Source: Eukaryota sp. GEM-RC1 (Eukaryota). Taken from it: a DNA stretch of 64,000 nt. Where the stretch lies: contig JAUFOQ010000001.1 in assembly GCA_040285855.1 (NCBI GenBank), forward strand, positions 682,001-746,000, read 5' to 3'. The notes below the pieces were generated by a model. The model was not told the origin of the DNA. It was given only the letters and a program-made list of their open reading frames with translations, and did no database searches. How positions within the stretch are numbered: the stretch's first letter is position 1; each line of letters opens with the position of its first letter. Made by a program: the position numbers and the translations under genes. Of this stretch, positions 1 to 12,187 are shown one piece after another.

Positions 1-119
1 GTATATTCGCCCTGTCGATGCAATGTCTAAACACTAAAAATACAGTCTAAACTAAAAGTATTACTTTTATTAATTTCATTGTGGACGACATCTCTGTTCC
101 TAAATATTGATGCTACTGT

Positions 120-1030
120 TCCATCTCTCATTCGCCAACGTTTGTGAAGAAAACTTTTCTGAGTCCCTGAATTATATCAATGGTGGTCAATGCTTCTATG
201 ATTACACAGTAGACATCTTCATCATCCTGACCCTAGCAAGGTGCAGTTTATTGATTGAATGTGACAACAATCGACCTCTTGTAGCAATGTCCGAGTTGAT
301 CTTGGAATACTAAACTGCCGCTAACGTTTCTTATAAACATAACCTAACCACTAAACTAGTTGACAAGTTTTTGAATGACCCTGCTAGTTTCTTCTCATCT
401 CCTGCTTTCTATATACAAATCTCACACAGAAATCTCAACCATTCAGTCTTTAACAAAATAGGTTTAGAACACGACCGACAACAGGCTGTCTCCATTACTT
501 TAGAAGACTTGTAGGCTGTCAATACTGGTGTGGTTGCTGTAAACGCGTCCCGGCGCTCGAGTAAATCGTTATACGAGTCGGGGACATCAACCATGTGATC
601 TATTCCGTATTCTATTGAAAGACTGCTGTTTACTCCCAAAGCTACCCAGCCAGTACAGCAAATGACTGAAGATGACCGGTTGGCAAAGGACGATGCATCT
701 TTTGTAGTTCAAGGTCTCCTCACTGTGATTGCCTTAAAGCGAAATCCACGTGAGAATCTTGAAAAACAGATCTTTGTCGGAGAAATCCACACCTCATTGG
801 AGATCCAGCTAAGCAGAATTCACGAACACCTTTCATGGCTACCAGGCAATCATACTGATTAGTGGAGTAATTTGTTAAAGGCAATAATGATATTTGTATT
901 CTTCATAAATATCGCCCTTCAAGGTCGCTCAAATTGGTCAACATACTAGTTCATCCATATCACTCAGTTGATAGTCAAAACGAGAACTGATTGAATTAAT
1001 GGTGTTGATACCGATAATGTGTGATGACGT
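120..1030. repeat. ~0.9 kb degenerate segment, inverted paralog at ~48495-49410; lies upstream of a BTB gene in both places
   Basis: e.g. aacgtttgtgaagaaaacttttctgagtccct (~138) is the reverse complement of the sequence at ~49370-49400; ORFs 662..862(+) and 48685..49005(-) share SFVVQG.LTVI.LKRN.RENLEKQI. Confidence 0.85.
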
Positions 1031-1315
1031 ACCTCATGTATCGTATAGTCTGCTGTGTTTTCTTGTAGGGCCTTCGTAACAAATACCAATTTTCTCACAC
1101 ACCTCAATCACAAATACCACTTTTCTGAATAACATCTTTTATAAATACCAAACAACACAGAAAGTCTAAACCTCTTCTTCACAGCCTGAGCTACTATATA
1201 TTTCGTATTCATCTTGCCAAATTTGATCGTCTTCATCACTAAGTGAATCAGTGCCACAAGAACATTAGTTTCCAGTTTTGGTCTCGTTTACTTATCTCAT
1301 TTCCTATTGCTTCTA

Positions 1316-1990
1316 ACGTCATTCTCTCTTCCCCCAGCAGAAACTCTTGCCATCATTCTTGATGAACCCTCTCTATGTAACCAAACCATTTCATTCGGCG
1401 GTGAATCCATCGATGTAAACAAATCTGTCCTTGCTGCACACTCCATATACTTCCGATCCCTCTGGTTCTTAGAGTTTGGGGATAAACTCGAGAACTCCAT
1501 CGACTTCTCCCATCTTCCCGTCGATTCCGACAACTTCTTAGCTTACCTCAAGTCCTTCTTCGGAAAGTCATTCACCCTCAATGAAAGCAACGCCTACAAC
1601 TTCTTTTACCTCGTCCACTACTTCCAAGTGGACAAACTCATTCACCACGTTGAAAACCACCTAAACACTCATCTCGTAACCTGGGCTTGGTTAAAACCGT
1701 TCATTAAAGAAGCAAATGAAAGAAATGACTTGAGAGCCCTGGAATTCTTTGGTCCTTTCTCTTCCAAGATTGATGACCTTGTGATTGATGACGTGATGAC
1801 AATCACTACTGAAGGCTCAAAAATACTTTCCAAGTTCTGCCTTTCCACTCATCAATTGTCTTAGTTCTTCCCATCGATGGAAATCTATTGTGAATCGTTT
1901 TTGATTCAGTTTTTGAATATTTCAAATTTTTCAATTGGGTTTCTTTCTTTTCAACAATGGGAAGAGTTTCTGTTTGTTCCTATAAACGAT
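1316..1990 (+). pseudogene. Truncated BTB/POZ gene of the BTB-coiled-coil-SPRY family (family 1)
   Basis: Near-identical to 58656.. (SFSLPPAETL..NKSVLAAHS.YFRSLWFLEFGD); start ATG is ACG at 1316, TAG at 1862-1864, homology fades at ~1990, no SPRY part. Confidence 0.85.
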
Positions 1991-2762
1991 GCTTCTTTAA
2001 GTAATCAAAGTAGAGTTTGTTAGACTACAATGTACAACTTCATCATCATAGCAATAGTTTCTCATTATTAGTAATTTGGCCACCATCTTTCATTTTTAGA
2101 ACAGAGAATATCATGCTCGCCTCTAGCTGGCATTGAAACATCTTTTTTTATCTTTTACTATATCAAAGGGTTATAGCCGTTCTTTACTTGATCAAAGCAA
2201 GACAAATAATTAAAACAATTTGAAATTGAACGTAATATTGGTCAATTTTTTGAGAGTCTATTATTCAGTTTGTACTCAATGAATAATTAGTTTCTAGAGA
2301 TTGTGTGTACCCACCACCAGCAGTGTAAATTAATTAATCTAAATCAATTTCAAGTTATGCATACCCAACACTTGGTGAAAAAATGGAGTATTTCCTCAAA
2401 ACATGGAAGTTGAAGTCTGATTTACTAAAATCTCTTCGACAATATCCTGAACGCTTACGTGTAATAGAAACTAAGTTGATACAGAAAAATTGTGGTGTTC
2501 TAAATAAATGAAAGAAAAATCCGGATTGTTTCATTTTTTCAACAAAAAGTCTGGTTCGAACTTCGAAGTTGACATCTGATCCGAAATTCCACTGACGTCT
2601 GGTGTAAACCAAATTGGTGTAGGATTTTGACTGAAATTAATCTGATCATTATAAGTGTATACACAATAGCTACAGTAAGGCAGTTACTCGAATTCATACT
2701 GCAGAATACATAACTTCACTTGGTGAAGGCTTTGATTACACACAATGATAATGTTGTCAACT

Positions 2763-4490
2763 TTATTCAACGATTTCAAGTTCATGACCACTACAGTATA
2801 TTAGAGCAAATGGATAATAATTACCGCTACTTAATGTGGGAAGAGTTCCAGTAAGATTAATTGAAGAATTACTCACGGATTTGATTGTTACAGTGAGATT
2901 AATTAGATTTGCAGTGATTTCGAGTAATTCACCAGGATTCCAATTGGCTTTGTTTCCTGAGAGACAACCATAAACTCGAGTCCCTCCATTAGAACAACAG
3001 TGAGCATTCCTAAAACAATTTCCACCAACAGTGAACTTTGACTCGTCAATAACTCCAACAAAAAGACTGGTCGAATTGCCTTGGTACCTCAACTTCCAAG
3101 TATACACATTACCTGGAAGAAGTGGATCTTCTCCCAAGATATTTCTATTTTCAAATTGCACACTTTTAACAACAACTCTGTGTTTATCCTCACTTACTTG
3201 TAATTTGGGATGCTTTCTAGTTTGAGAGAATTTGATTATATTTGATTGAGACACCAGTTCAGTTTCGGAAGCCGTCTGTTTTAATTGTTGTATGCCTCCA
3301 TTCATACCAATTTCTTGTTCTTTTACCTTCTTAAATTTCTCTTTTTTTAAGGAACGATTGACAATTCGGGAATTGGAAACATCGTGATTTAAGCAGCTTT
3401 CGGTGTCCTGAATTTTATAGTTAAATATCGGAATGTGCTGATGTTGATCGACAGATTTCGAATTAGATTTCTTAACAGAAGAATCATTTTCTTCAATCAA
3501 AAGAGATTGTTCAAAATGTTCACCAACAGCTTCCAAAATGTTGATATTATTCAAAATTTCAATTATCTCATTAATTTGTGGTCTTAATAAAGGATCTGGA
3601 TTCATACATTTCTTAATTAATTCATTTAAACAAGTGGGTGTTGATTTGTCGAAAGGCAATGGTTTACCACTCATTTTGGCGCCAAAAATCTGCATCATTG
3701 GATATCCTTCAAAGGCTTCTTTCCCAGTAAGAACTTCATACAAAACTATTCCAAGTGAATAAATATCACTAGCAGGACTAGGATCTGAATCAAACTGCTC
3801 AGGGGCAGCATACTTTGGAGTCATTGCATTGGTTCTAGTTACAAGACTCGTAGCAGAAACGTTTTTAGAGGTACCGAAATCGGCAACTCTAACGTGATCA
3901 TCGACCAGTAGAATGTTTGCTGGTTTCAGATCACCATGAACTACTGACTTTAGGTGGAGGAACTTAACAGCTTGGCACAGCTCCTTAGCGTATCTCAAAG
4001 TTGATGACGTGAGAGAGTTTGGGGAGGGGAGGGAAGAAGAAGCTTTTTCCATTACGATACCAATGGAATCTTGGAAGAAGGAGATTCCAAAGACACGAAG
4101 TATGGACGGATGGTTGAGGTTGATGAGGAGATTCAGTTCTTGTTGAAGTTTGATTCTGCCTTTCTCCGTTAGAGACACCAATTTGACGGCAACAGGGAGA
4201 TCGAACCATGTAGCAGCGTATACAACAGCAAAACCCCCTTCCGCAATCCTTTCTCCAAGAACGATCTGGTCGGAAGGAATTTCGGGACATAGATCACCAT
4301 TACGGGAGGCCTGGACAAGATCTTGCAAGGCAAAGTTGACCTTTCTCTCTACGAGGCAGTTGCTAGTACAAAGGGGACATTTATTAAGTTGGGCTGAACA
4401 TTTAGAACACGCAGTGTGACCTTCGCTACAGATGAGTAGGGGAAGGCGATCAGAGAGATTGAAAGACTCACAACAGCAAAAGCATTCCAT
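2763..4490 (-). CDS. RING finger - TKL-like protein kinase - SPRY/B30.2-like protein
   Basis: N-terminal C-x2-C...C.EGH..C..C...CPLC RING; kinase motifs IAEGGFAVVY, VAVK, HGDLKPAN, DFG, APE; C-terminal ~160 aa matches the module of the BTB genes. Confidence 0.9.
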   Translation of the reverse strand: MECFCCCESFNLSDRLPLLICSEGHTACSKCSAQLNKCPLCTSNCLVERKVNFALQDLVQASRNGDLCPEIPSDQIVLGERIAEGGFAVVYAATWFDLPVAVKLVSLTEKGRIKLQQELNLLINLNHPSILRVFGISFFQDSIGIVMEKASSSLPSPNSLTSSTLRYAKELCQAVKFLHLKSVVHGDLKPANILLVDDHVRVADFGTSKNVSATSLVTRTNAMTPKYAAPEQFDSDPSPASDIYSLGIVLYEVLTGKEAFEGYPMMQIFGAKMSGKPLPFDKSTPTCLNELIKKCMNPDPLLRPQINEIIEILNNINILEAVGEHFEQSLLIEENDSSVKKSNSKSVDQHQHIPIFNYKIQDTESCLNHDVSNSRIVNRSLKKEKFKKVKEQEIGMNGGIQQLKQTASETELVSQSNIIKFSQTRKHPKLQVSEDKHRVVVKSVQFENRNILGEDPLLPGNVYTWKLRYQGNSTSLFVGVIDESKFTVGGNCFRNAHCCSNGGTRVYGCLSGNKANWNPGELLEITANLINLTVTIKSVSNSSINLTGTLPTLSSGNYYPFALIYCSGHELEIVE

Positions 4491-4666
4491 ATTAATAGTT
4501 AGACTAAACCGACTTTTGAAATGTCACTAGGAAATGGCGTATAGGTCATAACTTTCGGACGCATGGAATCTGTTAAGTCAATTTTTCTTTATAAATCATT
4601 CTTTTATAGAACAAAAACACTAAAATAAACACAAATACTAGAACTCAATATCATTAAAGCAACAAT

Positions 4667-5067
4667 TTAACTCCAAGTATGACTCTCAAGTAGAAGAATT
4701 AAATAGAAACTCATATTCCAAATTTGTGTTTCAACCTTTTGCTGTTTCTCTTTTTGGATCTATTAGTCCTGCTGGTGATCAATTTTTCAAGGATTTCGAA
4801 GAATTGTGTAAAGAAACGAAGCGTAAGTTTAGAATGGCTGAATGGAAAAACCGTATAGTGTTTTCCATATATCGGAATATGCATTTCTATTTCTCTAGAT
4901 TAATTGAGAAATTGTACAAGTTTGGTGTGAAGGTTAATGTTGATAAACGTAATCTTTTACCGGGTGGTGATGAAGTCGTTTGGATTTAATCTTAGTATTT
5001 TTTGTTTGTTTTTACAATTTCACAGTTTGTAAGAAGGTTACCTTATTGGGTGCCGAATAAACATGTT
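4667..5067 (+). mobile_element. 5'-truncated RLE-type (CRE/R2-like) non-LTR retrotransposon with 14-bp TSD
   Basis: ORF remnant KY...FQPFAVSLFGSI...WKNRIVFSI resembles an RLE C-terminus; AATAAA near the 3' end; direct repeat attaaagcaacaat at 4653-4666 and 5068-5081. Confidence 0.75.
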
Positions 5068-5379
5068 ATTAAAGCAACAATCATTGCCATTAAAACTCAC
5101 ATCAGCTTTTTCTTCATAAAAAACACTGAGAGCTAATAGAGCTAAGTTAAGTCAATTTGAATTAGATAATTCAATCTGTTGTGTTCTACAAAGCAGTTTA
5201 CCACCACCAGTATTCTGAGTTGATATGCTGACTCAGTGATAAATATATGCTATATTGTGACGTCACGGCTCAACACTTGATCCATGTGGAATTATTTGTC
5301 ATTATTATTTGAGACCAATAAGAGTCCGTATAAGTGTGTTTGAAAACGACTACCAACAGGTCTCTTTTTCGAAAAAGTC

Positions 5380-5640
5380 CAGACTTCTTGAAAAAGCTAG
5401 ACTACATTGTTTTCTAATGGTTCATTTATAGTGAGTCAATTCTTGAGTAAAACTGCTTTGAGAAAGATGTTCAGACGATGAGAATTTTGATCATACTTTT
5501 TGTTGAATCGAATTGTCTTTACAATCATTAAAACAATTTATGTCATGCCACCAAAAGCTCTTCTGGCTAGTATTTTCTATGAAGCTTCAGTGAGCTTCAG
5601 TGACAATGGATGGTTTACTGATATTGAATTTGAGTTCCTG
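5380..5640 (+). mobile_element. Degenerate RLE non-LTR retrotransposon 3' fragment
   Basis: FDHTFLLNRIVFTIIKTI matches the 15.9 kb and 33.0 kb fragments (FD..FW.NRIVFT..K). Confidence 0.55.
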
Positions 5641-5748
5641 TCTGTATACTAGTATTAATTCGTTTGTGCAAATGCAGCACAGGCAAGATGAAGTAATTTT
5701 ACAAAGTTTCATTTTTCTGGACCACACTAATATCTAAGAGGGTTTTTA

Positions 5749-5880
5749 TAGAGCTGTCAACGGCTTCAGCCGAATGGTTTGGCTTGTAAAATTCCAAACT
5801 GGTTCGGCTTTGGCTTGAGCCATTTGAGTAAGCCGAACCAAAGTGACAAGTCGACTTGAAGCCGAGCCAAGTCGATATTT
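5749..5880 (+). mobile_element. Solo hAT-like transposon end
   Basis: TAGAGCTGTCAA followed by clustered GGCTT/AGCCG subterminal repeats; partner end not found. Confidence 0.35.
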
Positions 5881-6048
5881 TTTTATCTTCATTTTATCAC
5901 CAAATGATGCACAATAGTCATAGTTTGTTGCCTTATTTGTCATATAAGCCTGTCGTCTGCTGTTCTTGTCTGTAGAAACAAGACCTCACATTAAGGTAAA
6001 ACTCCCATTAAGGTCTGCCCAAAGGCTTGCACTGATGGGAGGGTAGAC

Positions 6049-8316
6049 TGTACTCATTTATGCAAGGAAAGGGGTTTCTTCACTAGCAAAACGCAAACAC
6101 ATACAAAAAAAGATGATATTGTGGATTCCAACCTCAGTCTTATGGGTTTAGGTTGGTCTTGTTGCTAGTTGATGAATGGATGGCTAGTATCACTTTATCT
6201 TCTGAATGACCAAAATGCAACTCGTCTCGATGAAAGAGTCTTATTTCTGAACGTCTTTAGAAACGTCACAAAGAAACAAACATATCACATTTCATTGTCA
6301 CCATTAATCGGATATCTTCTCTATAACATTGACAATGTCCTAAACTATGGCATTGCAGCAATGTTTCTGTTTCTTAGTAGGAATCCTGCAGTACTCTACA
6401 TCAAGGAGGGTTATACACTAAGATCTTCTCACTATTGAGTTATAATTATCTATCTCACTTAAGAACATCAAGACTTATCTCAAGAAGGAGAATCAACTTA
6501 TCACTCGCTTTAAATGCCATCAAGTTCCGTAGAGTTCAGTTTGTGAAGATCTTTCAATAGTGTCACCTTCAACAATTTCTGCAGTTTCCATAAATGATCT
6601 TCATGTTCGACTGCAGAACAGATTACATTACTTCTTTGTATTCTAATTCTTCTATAAATAATTTATAGCAAAAGTGGCAACTAGAAGAATATTTTCCTTT
6701 AAATCACAAACAGTAAGACCGAATCACAAAACTAAAGTGCTAAAACTAGTCAGTAGTTGAGTCAGCTTTTACCTCTAGAGCTATCATGGTATCTGATCAA
6801 AGGATATTGTGAACAGATGGATATTCCTGAAGCAACGAAGTGTATGTCTGAAAATCTTGGTTTGGAACCTTGTAATGTAGAGAATGTTGTGTTGTGTTTA
6901 TTACAGCAATCCTACGTAAACTGATTTCATACTGCTCTCAGTATGAATAACAATTCATTGGATAGACGAGATACAGCACAGCTCTTAAAATGTTACCCTA
7001 GGTTCAACGTTCGTTATGGCTACAGTCAGAAAGTTAAAGGTAAGCATAAGAGTTAACAGAAAGATATATGCTATCCTAAGTCATGTGATGACAGTGGGTT
7101 CTTTATGGGCAAAACCCAGCCCGTATGAGAGTGCCCTCTTAAAGTGAAGACATAAGAAGACGAGTGGAATGATGTTGTGGTTTTGATTGGTCATGTTCGA
7201 ATCCAACCCTGGTACTATACTAGGGGATCAAGGATTGAGTTGACGTAGAAATATCAGTGAAGCAGAAGACACATCATGTTGGTCTGTTCTTTAGAATGGA
7301 CAAAAAGTAACCTGATTGATCAAGAATCATCTTCGATTGAACAAAACAAACAGAAGAACATATCTCTAACTTCTCTGCACATTCTTTATTCGGATGTCTT
7401 CTGTCCTCTACAGGAGAGCTGAACTGTTTAGCATTGTCTGAAAACCACAGGTTTCTGTTTCTCGGTAGAAATCTTGCAGTTCTCGGTATCCAGAACTGTT
7501 CTATATCATGTTCTCCCCCTCATTCGAGGTATCTTAACCTGCCTCAATCAACCAAGACATCTAGCACTTGTTTTCGAAAACACCAAGTTCAGCCTCCTAC
7601 GGTCTTTCAACAGTGTTAGCTTACATCAGTATATGGCCACAAATGAATTGGGATTCGCCGTCTTTGTTTCGATAACTGTGATGAAGCCTCTCAGTAGATG
7701 GACGATCAACTAGCCAGTCTACCTGTTAGACCTCTACGAGTTCTTACTTCCTCTATATGCATACAATAAGCTCATGTTTCTTTGTGAAATACGATGATTC
7801 TAATTCCAGTGACTCCGCTTCAATTCTTGGTAACATGCTGCTTTTAAATCCCCTACGGTTCAACTAGAGCAGGAAAACACATTGTTTTGTAACAATGAGT
7901 CTGGATTCCTTGTGTTATCGATTTTGATTGTGTTTATACTTACAATTGAGGAAAAATGGGCTCTTTTAATTCATTGTGTTAGGCATGTCCTCTTCCGATT
8001 TTAGGCATGTCCCCTAATTTCATTCTTGTGTTGTTTGTCATAAAGTCCAAGAGTTTTACGTGAACCTTCTGTTCTTTAAACCACAATGTATGTCTAAACG
8101 CATCATTGCTTTTGAGAATGGTTTCAATGAATGCCAGAAATGGATATCTGAAAACTCTTTTCTGACCCTCAGTGATCAAGACTCGCAGTTCCGACACTTC
8201 TTGTCGTCTTGATTTCATAACGTAAAGCAACATCAGCAAGTGGAAAGTCATGGTGACGTTTTGGATTCTTCAGTTTTTCGCTGCTTTGAGATCGAGAGCA
8301 GTACGGTCCCAAGTTT
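6049..8316 (+). repeat. Recent 2.27 kb direct duplication, copy 1 (copy 2 at 9920-12187)
   Basis: Nearly base-identical with offset 3871; ORFs 6169..6438 and 10041..10310 are identical. Confidence 0.95.
6760..6905 (+). pseudogene. 3' fragment of the cyclin-like gene (also at ~10631-10776)
   Basis: cctctagagctatcatggtatctgatcaaaggatattgtga matches 9537-9577. Confidence 0.8.
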
Positions 8317-8339
8317 GGTCCAAGTTTGTCGATGAAAGT

Positions 8340-8650
8340 TACAAAAATATATATCTTAATAAAAGCTATGAAACACTAGACACCGAAAGTTCCCGGTCAA
8401 CAGTACCACAGTTTTTATTCAACTTTATGAAAATTGATTTAAAAAGTCAAGCAACGAACGGAACAAAGAAAAAATCAAACGGTTATGCCAATTTGATAAG
8501 TTGAATCTCTTTTTCTGAGACTTACACATAGATCCAAAATCAGTTAAAAACTTAGAAGTCATTTCACTAATATTAGCAGAGATACAAATATCAAATGAAA
8601 CAAATACAAATACAGATTTTGAATACAAATTGTGGTTGAGTTTTGCCACA
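8340..8650 (-). mobile_element. RLE non-LTR retrotransposon 3' fragment
   Basis: KLNHNLYSK..FVSF....SANISEMTSKFLTDFGSMCK...RFNLSNWHNRLIFSLF aligns with ORF 4726..4989. Confidence 0.6.
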
Positions 8651-9086
8651 TGAAGGCTATGTTTGGTTAAACACGTGTTCAGTGTTGGCGCCAACATGTG
8701 TTGAATAAATTCTGGTCAGAAGAACAGAATACCTCACCTTAAGATCAATTCTTCACCCGAACCAAATTGATAAATTGGAACCGATTTTCAACGATTCCAG
8801 AACTGTTAACATGAAGAGCTCATCAATAATCCAGATCGGAGTAAACTTGAATTTTCTACCTTTATTCAATATACATGTAGTTTTATCAAGAACAGTAGAA
8901 ATTTACCCAATTTCATTGAAGTGGCATAGACGAATGACATATCCAACACGTGTTGAACTTCTCGAAAACCCCATTCAACACGTGTTGAAGCACCTCTAAA
9001 CATAGCTTAAGCGTGAACTTGAAATCTTCTTTTTATAGAAGGTGTTTCCAACAAAAATTCCTGCTAAGAACTTGCCCATTTGGAAT

Positions 9087-9689
9087 ATGTTTGATAGATA
9101 TCAAGAAATGCAAACTTGTCAAAAGTGGATCCAAGAAGCTTGTGCTGTGCTCGAAGTTCCTTGTGCTCTAGCGATGGGATATTTGCAGTGTTTTTCTTCA
9201 GAAGATCTAGGATTTCCATCACTTTCTCCGGCTGTCAGTTCTCCAGCTGTGGTCTTTCTTGCTTCCCGTGCATTGAACTGGGATCTTTGTTTCGACATCG
9301 ACTGTCTATCCCTAATGACCGACTATTCTGTTTCTACTGAGTCCATTGGCAACGCTGTAAGTGTTATGCTTCCTTATGCACAACAGTTTCCTCATCCATC
9401 AATGTTCTATTGTCAATTGTTTTCCAATTGGCTGTATGACAATGGAATCTGTACACATACACAGTCCAAACAATTATCACAAAAATGTCTAAAGACTATA
9501 AACACAATCAACTTCGAGGCCTTGAGTCAGCTTCCACCTCTAGAGCTATCATGGTATCTGATCAAAGGATATTGTGATAATATGGTTATTCCTGAAGCAA
9601 CGAAGTGTATGTCTGAAAATCTTGGTTTTGAACCTTGTAATGTAGAAAATGTTGTGTTGTGTTTATTTGTGCAGAACTTGATAGTGTAA
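9087..9689 (+). CDS. Divergent cyclin-fold protein, copy 1
   Basis: Cyclin-box-like pattern W-I-x-E-x-C, LA..YL..F, A.VFLAS, L..MTD.S.S.E.I, plus second-fold F..L...PP..L; first ATG at 9087. Confidence 0.65.
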   Translation: MFDRYQEMQTCQKWIQEACAVLEVPCALAMGYLQCFSSEDLGFPSLSPAVSSPAVVFLASRALNWDLCFDIDCLSLMTDYSVSTESIGNAVSVMLPYAQQFPHPSMFYCQLFSNWLYDNGICTHTQSKQLSQKCLKTINTINFEALSQLPPLELSWYLIKGYCDNMVIPEATKCMSENLGFEPCNVENVVLCLFVQNLIV

Positions 9690-9719
9690 AATATGTAAAA
9701 ACAAGTTGTATCACTATAG

Positions 9720-10450
9720 CAGTGGACCTTTAAATCTTGTACTGTATTTAGCGATTGTAATATTGAAGAAAGAGGGCATGCATCATGCTGCGAGTATGAA
9801 GAAGACGGCAGTGGAGGAGATAGATGAGAGACATCACAGTTCTCAACACTTAGGTTCTTGGCTGCAGTTATAGAGTGGAAGGAGACCAGAAGAATTGGCA
9901 CAACCATATCGACAGTACATGTACTCACTTATGCAATGAACGGGGTTTCTTCACTAGCAAAACGCAAACACATACAAAAAAAAGATGATATTGTGGATTC
10001 CAACCTCAGTCTTATGGGTTTAGGTTGGTCTTGTTGCTAGTTGATGAATGGATGGCTAGTATCACTTTATCTTCTGAATGACCAAAATGCAACTCGTCTC
10101 GATGAAAGAGTCTTATTTCTGAACGTCTTTAGAAACGTCACAAAGAAACAAACATATCACATTTCATTGTCACCATTAATCGGATATCTTCTCTATAACA
10201 TTGACAATGTCCTAAACTATGGCATTGCAGCAATGTTTCTGTTTCTTAGTAGGAATCCTGCAGTACTCTACATCAAGGAGGGTTATACACTAAGATCTTC
10301 TCACTATTGAGTTATAATTATCTATCTCACTTAAGAACATCAAGACTTATCTCAAGAAGGAGAATCAACTTATCACTCGCTTTAAATGCCATCAAGTTCC
10401 GTAGAGTTCAGTTTGTGAAGATCTTTCAATAGTGTCACCTTCAACAATTT
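9720..10450 (+). pseudogene. Degenerate uncharacterised ORF family following each cyclin-like gene (other copies ~6049-6560, 7000-7700, 10870-11580, 14300-15050, 15170-15480, 17700-18450)
   Basis: Recurring motifs GFF.GK, FLFL(S/G)RN(P/L)AVL, EFS...SFNSV in + frames; every copy read has stops or frameshifts. Confidence 0.55.
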
Positions 10451-12187
10451 CTGCAGTTTCCATAAATGATCTTCATGTTCGACTGCAGAACAGATTACAT
10501 TACTTCTTTGTATTCTAATTCTTCTATAAATAATTTATAGCAAAAGTGGCAACTAGAAGAATATTTTCCTTTAAATCACAAACAGTAAGACCGAATCACA
10601 AAACTAAAGTGCTAAAACTAGTCAGTAGTTGAGTCAGCTTTTACCTCTAGAGCTATCATGGTATCTGATCAAAGGATATTGTGAACAGATGGATATTCCT
10701 GAAGCAACGAAGTGTATGTCTGAAAATCTTGGTTTGGAACCTTGTAATGTAGAGAATGTTGTGTTGTGTTTATTACAGCAATCCTACGTAAACTGATTTC
10801 ATACTGCTCTCAGTATGAATAACAATTCATTGGATAGACGAGATACAGCACAGCTCTTAAAATGTTACCCTAGGTTCAACGTTCGTTATGGCTACAGTCA
10901 GAAAGTTAAAGGTAAGCATAAGAGTTAACAGAAAGATATATGCTATCCTAAGTCATGTGATGACAGTGGGTTCTTTATGGGCAAAACCCAGCCCGTATGA
11001 GAGTGCCCTCTTAAAGTGAAGACATAAGAAGACGAGTGGAATGATGTTGTGGTTTTGATTGGTCATGTTCGAATCCAACCCTGGTACTATACTAGGGGAT
11101 CAAGGATTGAGTTGACGTAGAAATATCAGTGAAGCAGAAGACACATCATGTTGGTCTGTTCTTTAGAATGGACAAAAAGTAACCTGATTGATCAAGAATC
11201 ATCTTCGATTGAACAAAACAAACAGAAGAACATATCTCTAACTTCTCTGCACATTCTTTATTCGGATGTCTTCTGTCCTCTACAGGAGAGCTGAACTGTT
11301 TAGCATTGTCTGAAAACCACAGGTTTCTGTTTCTCGGTAGAAATCTTGCAGTTCTCGGTATCCAGAACTGTTCTTTATCATGTTCTCCCCTCATTCGAGG
11401 TATCTTAACCTGCCTCAATCAACCAAGACATCTAGCACTTGTTTTCGAAAACACCAAGTTCAGCCTCCTACGGTCTTTCAACAGTGTTAGCTTACATCAG
11501 TATATGGCCACAAATGAATTGGGATTCGCCGTCTTTGTTTCGATAACTGTGATGAAGCCTTTTAGTAGATGGACGATCAACTAGCCAGTCTACCTGTTAG
11601 ACCTCTACGAGTTCTTACTTCCTCTATATGCATACAATAAGCTCATGTTTCTTTGTGAAATACGATGATTCTAATTCCAGTGACTCCGCTTCAATTCTTG
11701 GTAAAATGCTGCTTTTAAATCCCCTACGGTTCAACTAGAGCAGGAAAACACATTGTTTTGTAACAATGAGTCTGGATTCCTTGTGTTATCGATTTTGATT
11801 GTGTTTATACTTACAATTGAGGAAAAATGGGCTCTTTTAATTCATTATGTTAGGCATGTCCTCTTCCGATTTTAGGCATGTCCCCTAATTTCATTCTTGT
11901 GTTCTTTGTCCTAAAGTCCAAGAGTTTTACGTGAACCTTCTGTTCTTTAAACCACAATGTATGTCTAAACGCATCATTGCTTTTGAGAATGGTTCCAATG
12001 AATGCCAGAATTGGATATCTGATAACTCTTTTCTGACCCTCAGTGATCAAGACTCGCAGTTCCGACACTTCTTGTCGTCTTGATTTCATAACGTAAAGCA
12101 ATATCAGCAAGTGGAAAGTCATGGTGACGTTTTGGATTCTTCAGTTTTTCGCTGCTTTGAGATCGAGAGCAGTACGGTCCCAAGTTT
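9920..12187 (+). repeat. Recent 2.27 kb direct duplication, copy 2
   Basis: See 6049-8316. Confidence 0.95.
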
